NCBI RefSeq assembly: GCF_001194135.2
Contig: NC_068997.1
Coordinates: 45,510,922-45,556,257, forward strand
Length of the DNA stretch: 45,336 nucleotides
Source: Octopus bimaculoides
Lineage: Eukaryota
Direction: 5' to 3'
The notes below the pieces were generated by a model. The model searched no databases. It had not been told where the DNA came from and saw nothing but the letters and a program-made list of their open reading frames with translations. Within the stretch, counting starts at the first letter, position 1, and each line of letters opens with the position of its first letter. Shown piece by piece: positions 25,038 through 37,980 of the stretch. The position numbers and the translations under genes are program-made.

Positions 25038-25859
25038 TGTGTGTGTATGGGTGTATANNNNNNNNNNNNNNNNNNNNNNNNNNNNNNNNNNNNNNNNNNN
25101 NNNNNNNNNNNNNNNNNNNNNNNNNNNNNNNNNNNNNNNNNNNNNNNNNNNNNNNNNNNNNNNNNNNNNNNNNNNNNNNNNNNNNNNNNNNNNNNNNNNN
25201 NNNNNNNNNNNNNNNNNNNNNNNNNNNNNNNNNNNNNNNNNNNNNNNNNNNNNNNNNNNNNNNNNNNNNNNNNNNNNNNNNNNNNNNNNNNNNNNNNNNN
25301 NNNNNNNNNNNNNNNNNNNNNNNNNNNNNNNNNNNNNNNNNNNNNNNNNNNNNNNNNNNNNNNNNNNNNNNNNNNNNNNNNNNNNNNNNNNTTAACACGA
25401 AATAACTTTTAAAATATAGGCTTTTCTCAACAACACTAAGAGTAAAAGATGTTTTATATGACACATTCTCCCAGTGTCCGAAGTTTGAAAGTGTTTAGTT
25501 ACAAAAAATTAATTTCTCTATCTGCCGTTCAAAGGGAAAAAAGATCCTTTTGATGTCATTTTTCACGCTGATTCTCAGGAGATAATTCACTTTTTCTTTT
25601 CCCAGAAAACATTTTAAAAACAATTACAGAGGTTTAAATTTGATAATTTTTACCCAGATAGAAAAACAGGATTTGGAAGCTGTCATTTTGTGCGTGACAG
25701 CATGTGTTGTCAACTGTAAACTAATGAAATATTGGCGCGATACTGTTTTACGCCCGCCGTATAACCCCTCATACAAAACTACATCAGTCACACCAATTAT
25801 AAAATCAATTGGAACAAAAATTGTAGAACTTGAAAAGTGGCAACCAAACAGAGGGATTC

Positions 25860-25995
25860 CCAAATTCCGCTGAGGTCGACTTTGATTTTCATTGTATTTG
25901 GAGTCGATAAAATAAGTACCAGTTGAACACTGAGGTCAATCTAATCGAGTAGACCCTCCCGCCAAATTCCAGTCCTTCTGTCTATAGTAGAAAGG
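25860..25995 (+). mobile_element. SINE family A (5'-truncated)
   Basis: caaattccgctgaggtcgactttg...gtcgataaaataagtaccagttgaacactg. Confidence 0.88.
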
Positions 25996-26074
25996 ATATA
26001 AATATAGCTTTATCTGCTTCGAGTTTCATAATTTATTTCATATCTCACGAAGTTTTTAAACTCGTACTATTATC

Positions 26075-26275
26075 TAAATGGCGATAGTGTTGTTTAGCCC
26101 CTGGTCAATCTTGATCGAGTTAGCTTATGATCAATGACACTCCAAGCCGTGACTTATCACTCTGTATCAGTGAGTAAATATCCCAATTTCTTATTTGAGA
26201 CTCTAGGTCAGAATATGGAGTATGGAGATTTGTCTGCTATTTCTAGAAAGTCGAGCGACTGTGTAGAGGTTATCT
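26075..26275 (+). mobile_element. Interspersed repeat family E (ggagatttg.ctgctatttctag motif)
   Basis: Motif shared with about 30930 (gctaattctagcagg) and, inverted, with about 32058 (gaaatagcagccaaatctccc). Confidence 0.6.
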
Positions 26276-26605
26276 TGTTTGGTGTGGTGGAGGTGTTAGC
26301 GATGGGTGTGGTACTCGTGATGATGATGATAACGATGATGCTGTGGTGGTGATGGTGGTGGTGGTGGTGGTGTCTCACCAGTGAAACGTATGCATGTCTT
26401 GACCCCCCCCCCCTGACCTAACCTGGAAAGTTATCACCTCAACCCCACCAGGTGTTCTTGTTGCCTTCATAAGATTCAACACCCACCAGGTTATCCCATC
26501 AAAAGAATCGGAGAATCGTCACATTGCTATAGTCTGGATTGACGCGTGTGCGCGTGTGCTTGTGCGCGGGCGCACATATATATATATACACGCACATATA
26601 TATAA

Positions 26606-26655
<50 letters not shown>

Positions 26656-26834
26656 ATATATACACGTACATATATATGTGTGTGTATGTATATGTGTATG
26701 TGTATGTGTAAGTATATATATATAATATATATACATATGCATATATACACACGCATGTATAACATGCATATATATATATTTGTGTGTGTGTATATGTATA
26801 TATATACATATATATATTTGGGTGCGTATATATA

Positions 26835-26877
<43 letters not shown>

Positions 26878-29479
26878 NNNNNNNNNNNNNNNNNNNNNNN
26901 NNNNNNNNNNNNNNNNNNNNNNNNNNNNNNNNNNNNNNNNNNNNNNNNNNNNNNNNNNNNNNNNNNNNNNNNNNNNNNNNNNNNNNNNNNNNNNNNNNNN
27001 NNNNNNNNNNNNNNNNNNNNNNNNNNNNNNNNNNNNNNNNNNNNNNNNNNNNNNNNNNNNNNNNNNNNNNNNNNNNNNNNNNNNNNNNNNNNNNNNNNNN
27101 NNNNNNNNNNNNNNNNNNNNNNNNNNNNNNNNNNNNNNNNNNNNNNNNNNNNNNNNNNNNNNNNNNNNNNNNNNNNNNNNNNNNNNNNNNNNNNNNNNNN
27201 NNNNNNNNNNNNNNNNNNNNNNNNNNNNNNNNNNNNNNNNNNNNNNNNNNNNNNNNNNNNNNNNNNNNNNNNNNNNNNNNNNNNNNNNNNNNNNNNNNNN
27301 NNNNNNNNNNNNNNNNNNNNNNNNNNNNNNNNNNNNNNNNNNNNNNNNNNNNNNNNNNNNNNNNNNNNNNNNNNNNNNNNNNNNNNNNNNNNNNNNNNNN
27401 NNNNNNNNNNNNNNNNNNNNNNNNNNNNNNNNNNNNNNNNNNNNNNNNNNNNNNNNNNNNNNNNNNNNNNATATATATATATATATATATATATATAGAT
27501 ATATGTATTACATACATATACATATTTAGTGAGTAGTAGTAGTTGTAGCAGCTAAGGGAGCGATGGAAGGCATTATTTCTCTGCTACCGGTATTTTTCTT
27601 AATCTTCTGTACCTGACATTCTTTCTCTCTCTTTTACACACACACACAGACACACACACACACACACACATGAGATAGCTAGAGAACCAAGAAATACTTT
27701 ACCTCACCGCCGTCTGTGTGTGTGTATATGTATGGGTGTGTGTGTGTGTGTGCGTGTATACACACATATGTATACATATACAATCACACACCTTTGTGAT
27801 ACAGCCATAAAATTCCTTGGCGTATCAGGCAATTACAGCTGCTACTGTTGCTGCTGCTGTTGTTGATGATGATGACAGACAAGATAAAGAAAGGCATCTG
27901 TTCAGTTTGGCTTCGTTTGGCGATGGACAACATCTTAGCACCAGGTGGGTGTCCCCCTCCTACATCTTTCACAGATAAATAAACAAATAAACAAATGAAA
28001 ATGAAAGACAAGAAAACGTCTTTGGTCATGACCTTACTTAAAAAAAAAACGAAACGGACAAAATTAAAATAAATGGCTGATTGCCGTGTCCTGTGCAGGT
28101 TTCCAAAGAACTACGCCAACGAATACGTTGTAATAATGACAGTGCGAGAGCCATAAATTTGTCTGCGAGGGCAGGGAGGGACGAAGAAAGAGGCGGGGGG
28201 TAGAGATGGATTAAATTGAAGAGTCACNNNNNNNNNNNNNNNNNNNNNNNNNNNNNNNNNNNNNNNNNNNNNNNNNNNNNNNNNNNNNNNNNNNNNNNNN
28301 NNNNNNNNNNNNNNNNNNNNNNNNNNNNNNNNNNNNNNNNNNNNNNNNNNNNNNNNNNNNNNNNNNNNNNNNNNNNNNNNNNNNNNNNNNNNNNNNNNNN
28401 NNNNNNNNNNNNNNNNNNNNNNNNNNNNNNNNNNNNNNNNNNNNNNNNNNNNNNNNNNNNNNNNNNNNNNNNNNNNNNNNNNNNNNNNNNNNNNNNNNNN
28501 NNNNNNNNNNNNNNNNNNNNNNNNNNNNNNNNNNNNNNNNNNNNNNNNNNNNNNNNNNNNNNNNNNNNNNNNNNNNNNNNNNNNNNNNNNNNNNNNNNNN
28601 NNNNNNNNNNNNNNNNNNNNNNNNNNNNNNNNNNNNNNNNNNNNNNNNNNNNNNNNNNNNNNNNNNNNNNNNNNNNNNNNNNNNNNNNNNNNNNNNNNNN
28701 NNNNNNNNNNNNNNNNNNNNNNNNNNNNNNNNNNNNNNNNNNNNNNNNNNNNNNNNNNNNNNNNNNNNNNNNNNNNNNNNNNNNNNNNNNNNNNNNNNNN
28801 NNNNNNNNNNNNNNNNNNNNNNNNNNNNNNNNNNNNNNNNNNNNNNNNNNNNNNNNNNNNNNNNNNNNNNNNNNNNNNNNNNNNNNNNNNNNNNNNNNNN
28901 NNNNNNNNNNNNNNNNNNNNNNNNNNNNNNNNNNNNNNNNNNNNNNNNNNNNNNNNNNNNNNNNNNNNNNNNNNNNNNNNNNNNNNNNNNNNNNNNNNNN
29001 NNNNNNNNNNNNNNNNNNNNNNNNNNNNNNNNNNNNNNNNNNNNNNNNNNNNNNNNNNNNNNNNNNNNNNNNNNNNNNNNNNNNNNNNNNNNNNNNNNNN
29101 NNNNNNNNNNNNNNNNNNNNNNNNNNNNNNNNNNNNNNNNNNNNNNNNNNNNNNNNNNNNNNNNNNNNNNNNNNNNNNNNNNNNNNNNNNNNNNNNNNNN
29201 NNNNNNNNNNNNNNNNNNNNNATATGCGAGTAAAAATAAATACAAAAACAGGGGTTTTGTATGATTGTGTATAGAGGAATATATTATTTTGCTTAAAAGA
29301 GTTCCAACACTGTCTGTTTTTTTATGTTTTATTTATATTCCTGCAAAACCAATGTGGGATATAGAATATGGAATATACAATATATAATATAATATACAAT
29401 ATATAATATAAAATAAAAATGGATGGTACAATGAAATAAAGTATTGAATGTCTTATTGAATAGATGAAATATTGAGTGT

Positions 29480-29820
29480 TCAATATAAAGGATTCATGGC
29501 CGGTATATAATCGATATTCCTCCCTGTGCCTGTGAAATCTTGTATCCCTGCTGTAAGGCTTTACTCCCACACACGCCAGCTTAATTTAATTCATCCTTAG
29601 TCGAAAGACATCTGTTGTTATGTCCTGTTATTATTTTTATTTTTATTGTATTTGTGTAACATTGTTCGTTTTTTTCCGTCCTTGGTTTTGTTTTCTTCCA
29701 AGGAATCTAATTCTCTTAGCTTAGTTTTTCCTTGGGGCTGGCCAGATTGGAGCAATATCGAGAATAACCAGCCGAAATTGGAAGGATAATCTGGATCTCG
29801 ACTGAAGAGAGAAAACTCCG
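29480..29820 (+). mobile_element. Interspersed repeat, inverted copy of 41285-41780 (probable Penelope-like terminal region)
   Basis: Extended reverse-complement identity, e.g. cagatgtctttcgactaagga and ggccagccccaaggaaaa.ctaagctaagag. Confidence 0.8.
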
Positions 29821-29830
29821 NNNNNNNNNN

Positions 29831-30170
29831 ACAACCATATGTGCGCGACATGGTGATCTCATATCAAGACAAACAGCGCATGACCTTGCAGGTGGGGCCC
29901 AGTTAGAATTTTCTTCAGGTCGAGTAGCCCATCCCACTCAAAAGGTCCCTGATTAAGGTCCCTCATGATCAGAGATGCACATTTTGTCAGCCACTAAGGG
30001 ACATGCTCAACTGGTTAAGGTCAAACAACTGACAAGCAAATCTGTGGCATTGAGCAGAATATTTGCTGTAACTCATCTTTTATACCAAGACAAAACAATG
30101 TATATGATAACACTTGCAATCAGTTAAGATGAGAAGCCACGTGAGCCACTGCCTGGTACTGCATCAGGGC

Positions 30171-30172
<2 letters not shown>
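29831..30172 (-). mobile_element. Family D repeat, copy reaching the opposite terminus (ends ...gcatcagggcattt at the (ATT)n tract)
   Basis: Matches 2195-2316 and abuts a ~90-bp (ATT)n tract at 30173-30262. Confidence 0.85.
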
Positions 30173-30245
<73 letters not shown>

Positions 30246-30264
30246 TATTATTATTATCATTATG

Positions 30265-30640
30265 TAAGGTTGGTACTTATTCTGTCGGTTGCTTTGCCGA
30301 ATCACTAGTTTACGGGAACATAAACACACCAACACCAGTTGTCAAGCAGTGGCGGGGGACAAACAGACACAAAGACACAGACATAAACACACACACACAT
30401 ACACACATCCACATATATACAACGGGCTTCTTTCAGTTTCTATCTACCAAATCCACTCACATGGCTTTGGTCGGCCTGAGGCTATAGTAGAAGACACTTG
30501 CCCAAGGTGCCATGCCTGCACCTATACACAGTCTTCTACTCAGTTTCCCGGTTACCATATTCCTTCACGAGTACAAGACACCTGCCGAAGGTGCCACGCA
30601 GTGGGACTGAACCTGAAACCACATGATTGTAAAACGAGCT
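30265..30640 (-). mobile_element. SINE family B (rearranged, with a second head segment at about 30575-30640)
   Basis: ggtacttattctgtcgg..gccgaatcactagtttacggg, cgggcttctttcagtttc, cccaaggtgcca, aaggtgccacgcagtgggactgaacc. Confidence 0.85.
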
Positions 30641-30794
30641 TTCTTTGTTCAAAAGAAAACTTTAAAATACAAGACGTGTCCTTCCTGGCCCATCCCTCCA
30701 CATCCTTCTCATCAAATAGCATTAAACGTGAGTCAGCCAGGAAAGCGAATATCAAAATGGTAAGAGAATATTGTTGTTGTTTAGTTCAAGAACA

Positions 30795-30950
30795 ATTCTA
30801 TTATGATTCAAAGTGATTCCAGCTGTGACCATCCTGTCTTTTATTTCAAAACGGCGTATTTTGAACTTCTATTATCGAATAATGGGACTGTTCGAAGGGT
30901 GTGTTCCATTCGAGGTGAGTTCTAGGTGCTAATTCTAGCAGGTTGGGACG
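30795..30950 (+). mobile_element. Decayed family E repeat
   Basis: ttccagctgtgaccatcctgtc ... gctaattctagcagg. Confidence 0.5.
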
Positions 30951-31250
30951 ACGATGTTACCGATGGTGGTTTTTGAAAAATTAATTCGATTCTAAAGGTC
31001 ACCGGCAAGACAATGGCAAAAGGTTAAAGAACTCCTGGGGCGCCCGTCGAAACATTAAAAGTGTACCGAAAGACAAATATAATAGAATGCAAACAGAAAT
31101 GAAGAGTGGAACGGAAGTTTTTGATATACATACATACATAGGTACGTAAGTACGTACGTACATATATTCATGCATACATATATGCATACATACATGCGTA
31201 CAGATATATATAGAAATATATAAATATATATATATATATATATATGTATA

Positions 31251-31293
<43 letters not shown>

Positions 31294-32271
31294 NNNNNNN
31301 NNNNNNNNNNNNNNNNNNNNNNNNNNNNNNNNNNNNNNNNNNNNNNNNNNNNNNNNNNNNNNNNNNNNNNNNNNNNNNNNNNNNNNNNNNNNNNNNNNNN
31401 NNNNNNNNNNNNNNNNNNNNNNNNNNNNNNNNNNNNNNNNNNNNNNNNNNNNNNNNNNNNNNNNNNNNNNNNNNNNNNNNNNNNNNNNNNNNNNNNNNNN
31501 NNNNNNNNNNNNNNNNNNNNNNNNNNNNNNNNNNNNNNNNNNNNNNNNNNNNNNNNNNNNNNNNNNNNNNNNNNNNNNNNNNNNNNNNNNNNNNNNNNNN
31601 NNNNNNNNNNNNNNNNNNNNNNNNNNNNNNNNNNNNNNNNNNNNNNNNNNNNNNNNNNNNNNNNNNNNNNNNNNNNNNNNNNNNNNNNNNNNNNNNNNNN
31701 NNNNNNNNNNNNNNNNNNNNNNNNNNNNNNNNNNNNNNNNNNNNNNNNNNNNNNNNNNNNNNNNNNNNNNNNNNNNNNNNNNNNNNNNNNNNNNNNNNNN
31801 NNNNNNNNNNNNNNNNNNNNNNNNNNNNNNNNNNNNNNNNNNNNNNNNNNNNNNNNNNNNNNNNNNNNNNNNNNNNNNNNNNNNNNNNNNNNNNNNNNNN
31901 NNNNNNNNNNNNNNNNNNNNNNNNNNNNNNNNNNNNNNNNNNNNNNNNNNNNNNNNNNNNNNNNNNNNNNNNNNNNNNNNNNNNNNNNNNNNNNNNNNNN
32001 NNNNNNNNNNNNNNNNNNNNNNATTATACGACTTAATGTCGTTGTTCGAACTGACAGAAATAGCAGCCAAATCTCCCTCGCGCAAGAAGACTACCCATGC
32101 GCCTTCATACACGGACTGTTTTATGTGCAAACGAAAAAGATGTAAGAATCAACGCAGGGCTTCTGCACAGTAGCTAGATCTCCCTCAAACCACACGTTTG
32201 TCTAATTTGCATATACCTGCGCGCGCGTGCGTATATGCTTACGTATAATTATACATATATAGTTATATATA

Positions 32272-32468
32272 TGTCGATTATATCGACCTCAGTGCGTAAC
32301 TGGTACTTATTTAATCGACCCCGAAAGGATGAAAGGCTAAGTCGACCTCGGCGTAATTTGAACTCAGAACGTAGTGGTAGGCGAAATACCACTAAGCATT
32401 TCGCCTGGCGTGCTAACAATCCTGCCAGCTCACCGCTTTGCTAATGATTCTGCCAGCTCGTCGCCTTA
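32272..32468 (-). mobile_element. SINE family A with duplicated 5' head
   Basis: ctggtacttatttaatcgaccccgaaaggatgaaaggc, atttgaactcag, and two ctgccagctc heads. Confidence 0.93.
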
Positions 32469-32490
32469 ATTAAAATAATAACGGTCTGAT

Positions 32491-32683
32491 ATTTCTCAAG
32501 GCCAGCAATTCCGGGGGAGAGGAAAGTCGATTACATCGACCACAGTGATCGACTGGTACTTATTTTTTCGACCCCGAAAGGATGAAAGGCAAAGTCGACC
32601 TCGGCGGAATTTGAACTCAGAACGTAAAGACGGACGAAATGCCGCTAAGCATTTCGTCCGGCGTGCTAACGTTTCCTCCAGCT
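32491..32683 (-). mobile_element. SINE family A, CpG-intact
   Basis: cgaccccgaaaggatgaaaggcaaagtcgacctcggcggaatttgaactcagaacg. Confidence 0.95.
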
Positions 32684-32754
32684 CTCTGCTTACAATAGTC
32701 ATCATCATCTGGTCGAGTTTTCTTAAAGATTTTTAACTTGTGCATGCCATCCAT

Positions 32755-32910
32755 CTCAGTCTTCTTTTAGTTTCCGCTTACCAAATCCACTCACAAAGCT
32801 TTGGCCGGCCTGAAGCCATAGTAGAAGTCTCTTACCCAAGATGCCATGCAGTGGGACTGAACCAAGAAATATGTGATTGTGAAGTAAGCTTCTTACCACA
32901 CAGCCACGAC
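32755..32910 (-). mobile_element. SINE family B 5' half
   Basis: cagtttccgcttaccaaatccactcacaaagctttgg...gcagtgggactgaacc...cttcttaccacacagccac. Confidence 0.9.
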
Positions 32911-33064
32911 TGTGTCAAGTGACCTATTCTGTCAAGGGAAGTCTTCAGGAAGGGGCATCTAGTGTCTCTGGTGAGTTAGTTTACATCCTTGCGTTGTACA
33001 AACACGGCCATGCTTTGGCATTCATGCCAGCAAAACAAAAGCTCTCAATAACAATTTATTTCTT

Positions 33065-33212
33065 TAAATTTTGGCACAGGGTCACTAAGTTTTGGAAGGA
33101 GGATGCAAACTCGACTACATCGATTTCAGTATTTGACTGTTACTTATTTTATCGATCCCGACATAATGAACGACAAAGTCGACATCGGCGGAATTGGAAC
33201 TCAGAAACGTAA
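33065..33212 (-). mobile_element. SINE family A (3' part)
   Basis: ggcacagggtc, tacttattttatcgat, caaagtcgacatcggcggaattggaactcag. Confidence 0.8.
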
Positions 33213-34456
33213 GAAGTTGGATGAATCAACATTTAGAACGGAATAATTATTTTCTGGAAGTCAATTTAACAAAAGAATATTGTCCAACTGGCCACCCCAC
33301 CTCATAACCCGCAGTCACCTCTCTGTTTTTATTTGTATTTTTTCATTTATTTATTCAATTTATTTTTTTCTTGTTTTTGTAACCCAGGACGAACAGACAG
33401 ACAGACAGACCCAAATATTTCATAAATTGATTTTTATTTACATACATTTCTGTCACTCAGCTTTCGTGAAACTGTTTACGTATATATATAATATGTATAT
33501 GTATTTATACACACACACATATACACATTTGTGTGTGTGTGTGTGTGNNNNNNNNNNNNNNNNNNNNNNNNNNNNNNNNNNNNNNNNNNNNNNNNNNNNN
33601 NNNNNNNNNNNNNNNNNNNNNNNNNNNNNNNNNNNNNNNNNNNNNNNNNNNNNNNNNNNNNNNNNNNNNNNNNNNNNNNNNNNNNNNNNNNNNNNNNNNN
33701 NNNNNNNNNNNNNNNNNNNNNNNNNNNNNNNNNNNNNNNNNNNNNNNNNNNNNNNNNNNNNNNNNNNNNNNNNNNNNNNNNNNNNNNNNNNNNNNNNNNN
33801 NNNNNNNNNNNNNNNNNNNNNNNNNNNNNNNNNNNNNNNNNNNNNNNNNNNNNNNNNNNNNNNNNNNNNNNNNNNNNNNNNNNNNNNNNNNNNNNNNNNN
33901 NNNNNNNNNNNNNNNNNNNNNNNNNNNNNNNNNNNNNNNNNNNNNNNNNNNNNNNNNNNNNNNNNNNNNNNNNNNNNNNNNNNNNNNNNNNNNNNNNNNN
34001 NNNNNNNNNNNNNNNNNNNNNNNNNNNNNNNNNNNNNNNNNNNNNNNNNNNNNNNNNNNNNNNNNNNNNNNNNNNNNNNNNNNNNNNNNNNNNNNNNNNN
34101 NNNNNNNNNNNNNNNNNNNNNNNNNNNNNNNNNNNNNNNNNNNNNNNNNNNNNNNNNNNNNNNNNNNNNNNNNNNNNNNNNNNNNNNNNNNNATAAATAG
34201 ATAGATAGATAGATAGATGGTGGGCATGGCGAGGTGGTGGTGGCGAGATGGTAGTGGTAGTGGTGTCGAGGCAGTGGTGGTTGTAGTTGTGATGGTTCAA
34301 TGTTTGTGGTGCTGGTGTTGGTGTTGGAGGTGATGGTGGCAGCGGCGGTGGCGCTGACAGCGGCGGAGGCAGCGGTGGAGACGGCGGTGGCGGCGGTAAC
34401 GTTGGGTTTCTCCAAAGTTAATTATACTTAGTGAAAGGTCAAACATCCTGTATGAC

Positions 34457-34503
34457 CATGACCTGAAGCTGACGAAAGATCTTGTCGAAAGGTGTTAGTC
34501 ATG
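34457..34503 (+). ncRNA. Type I hammerhead ribozyme-like motif (A9 position altered)
   Basis: Stem I CATGAC (34457-62)/GTCATG (34498-503); core CTGAAGC+T (34463-70); stem II GAC (34471-73)/GTC (34484-86); GAAA (34487-90); stem III A-U and G-U with loop GTG; cleavage triplet UUA (A34497). AATAAA at about 34581. Confidence 0.6.
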
Positions 34504-34790
34504 TCTGGTACCTGGCTCTTCCCTCTTCTGCATTCACTCCCCGTCAAACTGCATACCTGGCTATTCTATGTTTTGTTTATAATAAACCAAAAATCTCCAA
34601 TACCTATTCTGTCTGTGGTCTCTGTTTAATGGATTCGCGATGAGTGATGCTGGTAAGCATCGCCTTTTCCTCACATTCTGTCTGTGTGTGTGTGTGTGAG
34701 TGTGTGGGTGTGTACGCGCGGGTGAAAGGTCGAAGAGAATACTCAACGCATGGAGTAGAGTAGAATTCATATATTAACTTTATCGCTTGA

Positions 34791-35005
34791 ACATACATAC
34801 ATACATACATACATACATACATACATACATACATACACATATACATACATACACATACATATACACATACATACGCACATACCCAAATACATACATATAT
34901 ACATACACAAATACACATACATACATAGACAAATACACATACATACACAAATACATACGCACATACACAAATACATACATACGTACGTACGTACATACAT
35001 ACGCA
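34791..35005. repeat. (ACAT)n and degenerate CA-rich microsatellite
   Basis: Directly visible. Confidence 0.95.
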
Positions 35006-35720
35006 TAGAGACATACAGTCAGATTGAAAACCCTGCACCTAATTTCCCCCGTTTGTTCATTCCCATCAGGACCCAGGTAAATAAAATAGGTAACCCGACT
35101 AGCAATTCGGAGAAATACCACATTAATGATAACCAAAAGCTACGATTTTCACTTACGAGGAATATAATAAAGAGAGCCATTTATCGTTCACTTCACCCAA
35201 CGAAACCTGCATGCAACCCGGACGCGATCTCCCGACCTTTTACATAACTCTAGTTCACGGGAGGCTTTAAATAAAGCCCCCTCACGTCTTCATCATCGAA
35301 ATGTAGCCGGAGAGGAGTATTTGACAGCCAACAAGGTACCCACACTACTTTACCTAACAGCTGCTAAAGAGGTTTCCTTCGAGGAAATCCCCGCTAATCC
35401 TCTTAACAGCTAAATACAAGTCAAATACTTTGACTTCTAGTTTGGAAAAGTAGAGGTTGGCGGTGGGGAGGGGGGACGCACGCATGCGTACACGCACAGA
35501 AGTACACACGCACATTATATATATGTATATATATGTATACGCATGCACACAAAGTCGTGCATATACGTACACATTTGCGTGTTGTCATATACACAAGCAT
35601 CTACACATACTCATATATGGACATTAAGGTATGTGTGTGTATACACACACACACACACACACGCACTTGCATAGATACATACATACGTGTGTNNNNNNNN
35701 NNGCACTTGCATAGATACAT

Positions 35721-35757
<37 letters not shown>

Positions 35758-35826
35758 GCACACATATACTTGTATATACAACTATAAAGTCACAAGCAGC
35801 CATATAGACGCAAGTGTGTGTGGCAA

Positions 35827-35865
<39 letters not shown>

Positions 35866-36243
35866 CCATACACACACAGAGGCTCACATACACAGGTACG
35901 CACAAACACACAGATACACTAACATGCATACAGAGGAACAAACCTACAGACACATCCATACACGCATGTATAGGGGGGAGGGTCCGCTAACACAAACTAC
36001 TTCTCTCTCTTTTTGTCTCTCAGATTGTTTCACCTTACTCTCTCTCTCTCACTCTTTCTCTCTCTCACTCTCTCTCTCTCACTCTCTCTCTCTCTCTCTC
36101 ACTCTTTCTCTCTGCCCTTCTATTCACCCCCTCTATCTCTTTAACTTACCCTAATTAGACAAATTTAAAACAAACTACACATGCGCTAACGCAAACACAC
36201 ACGCACACACACATGCATGCGTGCACTTACAAACACGCATCAG

Positions 36244-36280
<37 letters not shown>

Positions 36281-36741
36281 CATCCATCTATCCATATCCT
36301 TCTCTATCGCACACACATTCATATATACTCACACACACACCCAAACACTCTCACAGGTGGTTTGGTTTTCCATTCCTCTTCTCTCTTATTCTGTCATACG
36401 ACGTATGACTTCTATTTCTTTCTCCCCTTCTTCCCTCTTTCCCTCACTCACACTCTTACGCGCGCGCGCGCACACACACACATGCGCCTCTCTCTCACAC
36501 ACACACGCGCACAAACGTTCACAGAGATTTAGATAAAATTAAGCACTTGTTCACAAGCATACTTGCACGCGCCCGGACCCACCCCCTCTCTCTCTCACAA
36601 GCATATACATACTATCACAAGCATACACAACAGCATATACATGCATACACACCTCTACACAAACGTACATACATATACATTCATGCACATACAAACACAT
36701 ATATATATACACACATATAAATCCATACAGAAACACACATT

Positions 36742-36845
36742 CAAAGAATAAGTCCTGGGGTCGATTTGTTCGACTAAAAGGCAGTGCTCCAGCATGGCCG
36801 CAGTCAAATGACTGAAACAAGTAAAAGAGTAAAAGTGTAAAAGAG
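36742..36845 (+). mobile_element. SINE family B 3' module
   Basis: gaataagtcctggggtcgatttgttcgactaaaaggcagtgctccagcatggccgcagtcaaatgactgaaacaagtaaaagag. Confidence 0.9.
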
Positions 36846-37980
36846 ATATATATACATATATACATCCACACATAAACACATGAACATATATTCATACATA
36901 AGCACATATACAGACACATACATATACATATATACATTTATACAGAAACACGCATACAAACACATACATATACACACATATGTGCCTATACACAAACTCA
37001 CATACATTCATACATATACACACACATATACATCCATACACAAACACATACAAACCCACGTTTTAAATATACAAATATACGTCCATACACAAACATACAC
37101 ACATAAATCCATACAGAAACACATACATATACATATATACATTCATACACAAACACACACACACACACACACATATATATNNNNNNNNNNNNNNNNNNNN
37201 NNNNNNNNNNNNNNNNNNNNNNNNNNNNNNNNNNNNNNNNNNNNNNNNNNNNNNNNNNNNNNNNNNNNNNNNNNNNNNNNNNNNNNNNNNNNNNNNNNNN
37301 NNNNNNNNNNNNNNNNNNNNNNNNNNNNNNNNNNNNNNNNNNNNNNNNNNNNNNNNNNNNNNNNNNNNNNNNNNNNNNNNNNNNNNNNNNNNNNNNNNNN
37401 NNNNNNNNNNNNNNNNNNNNNNNNNNNNNNNNNNNNNNNNNNNNNNNNNNNNNNNNNNNNNNNNNNNNNNNNNNNNNNNNNNNNNNNNNNNNNNNNNNNN
37501 NNNNNNNNNNNNNNNNNNNNNNNNNNNNNNNNNNNNNNNNNNNNNNNNNNNNNNNNNNNNNNNNNNNNNNNNNNNNNNNNNNNNNNNNNNNNNNNNNNNN
37601 NNNNNNNNNNNNNNNNNNNNNNNNNNNNNNNNNNNNNNNNNNNNNNNNNNNNNNNNNNNNNNNNNNNNNNNNNNNNNNNNNNNNNNNNNNNNNNNNNNNN
37701 NNNNNNNNNNNNNNNNNNNNNNNNNNNNNNNNNNNNNNNNNNNNNNNNNNNNNNNNNNNNNNNNNNNNNNNNNNNNNNNNNNNNNNNNNNNNNNNNNNNN
37801 NNNNNNNNNNNNNNNNNNNNNNNNNNNNNNNNNNNNNNNNNNNNNNNNNNNNNNNNNNNNNNNNNNNNNNNNNNNNNNNNNNNNNNNNNNNNNNNNNNNN
37901 NNNNNNNNNNNNNNNNNNNNNNNNNNNNNNNNNNNNNNNNNNNNNNNNNNNNNNNNNNNNNNNNNNNNAATTTCCCCCAA

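Noticed and set aside
25392-25860. Possible DNA-transposon internal remnant
   Set aside because: No TIRs or coding similarity could be shown; one end lies in a gap.
34220-34420. Gly-rich ORF (GGSGGGADSGGG)
   Set aside because: Degenerate (GGT/GGC)n microsatellite with no start or splice context.
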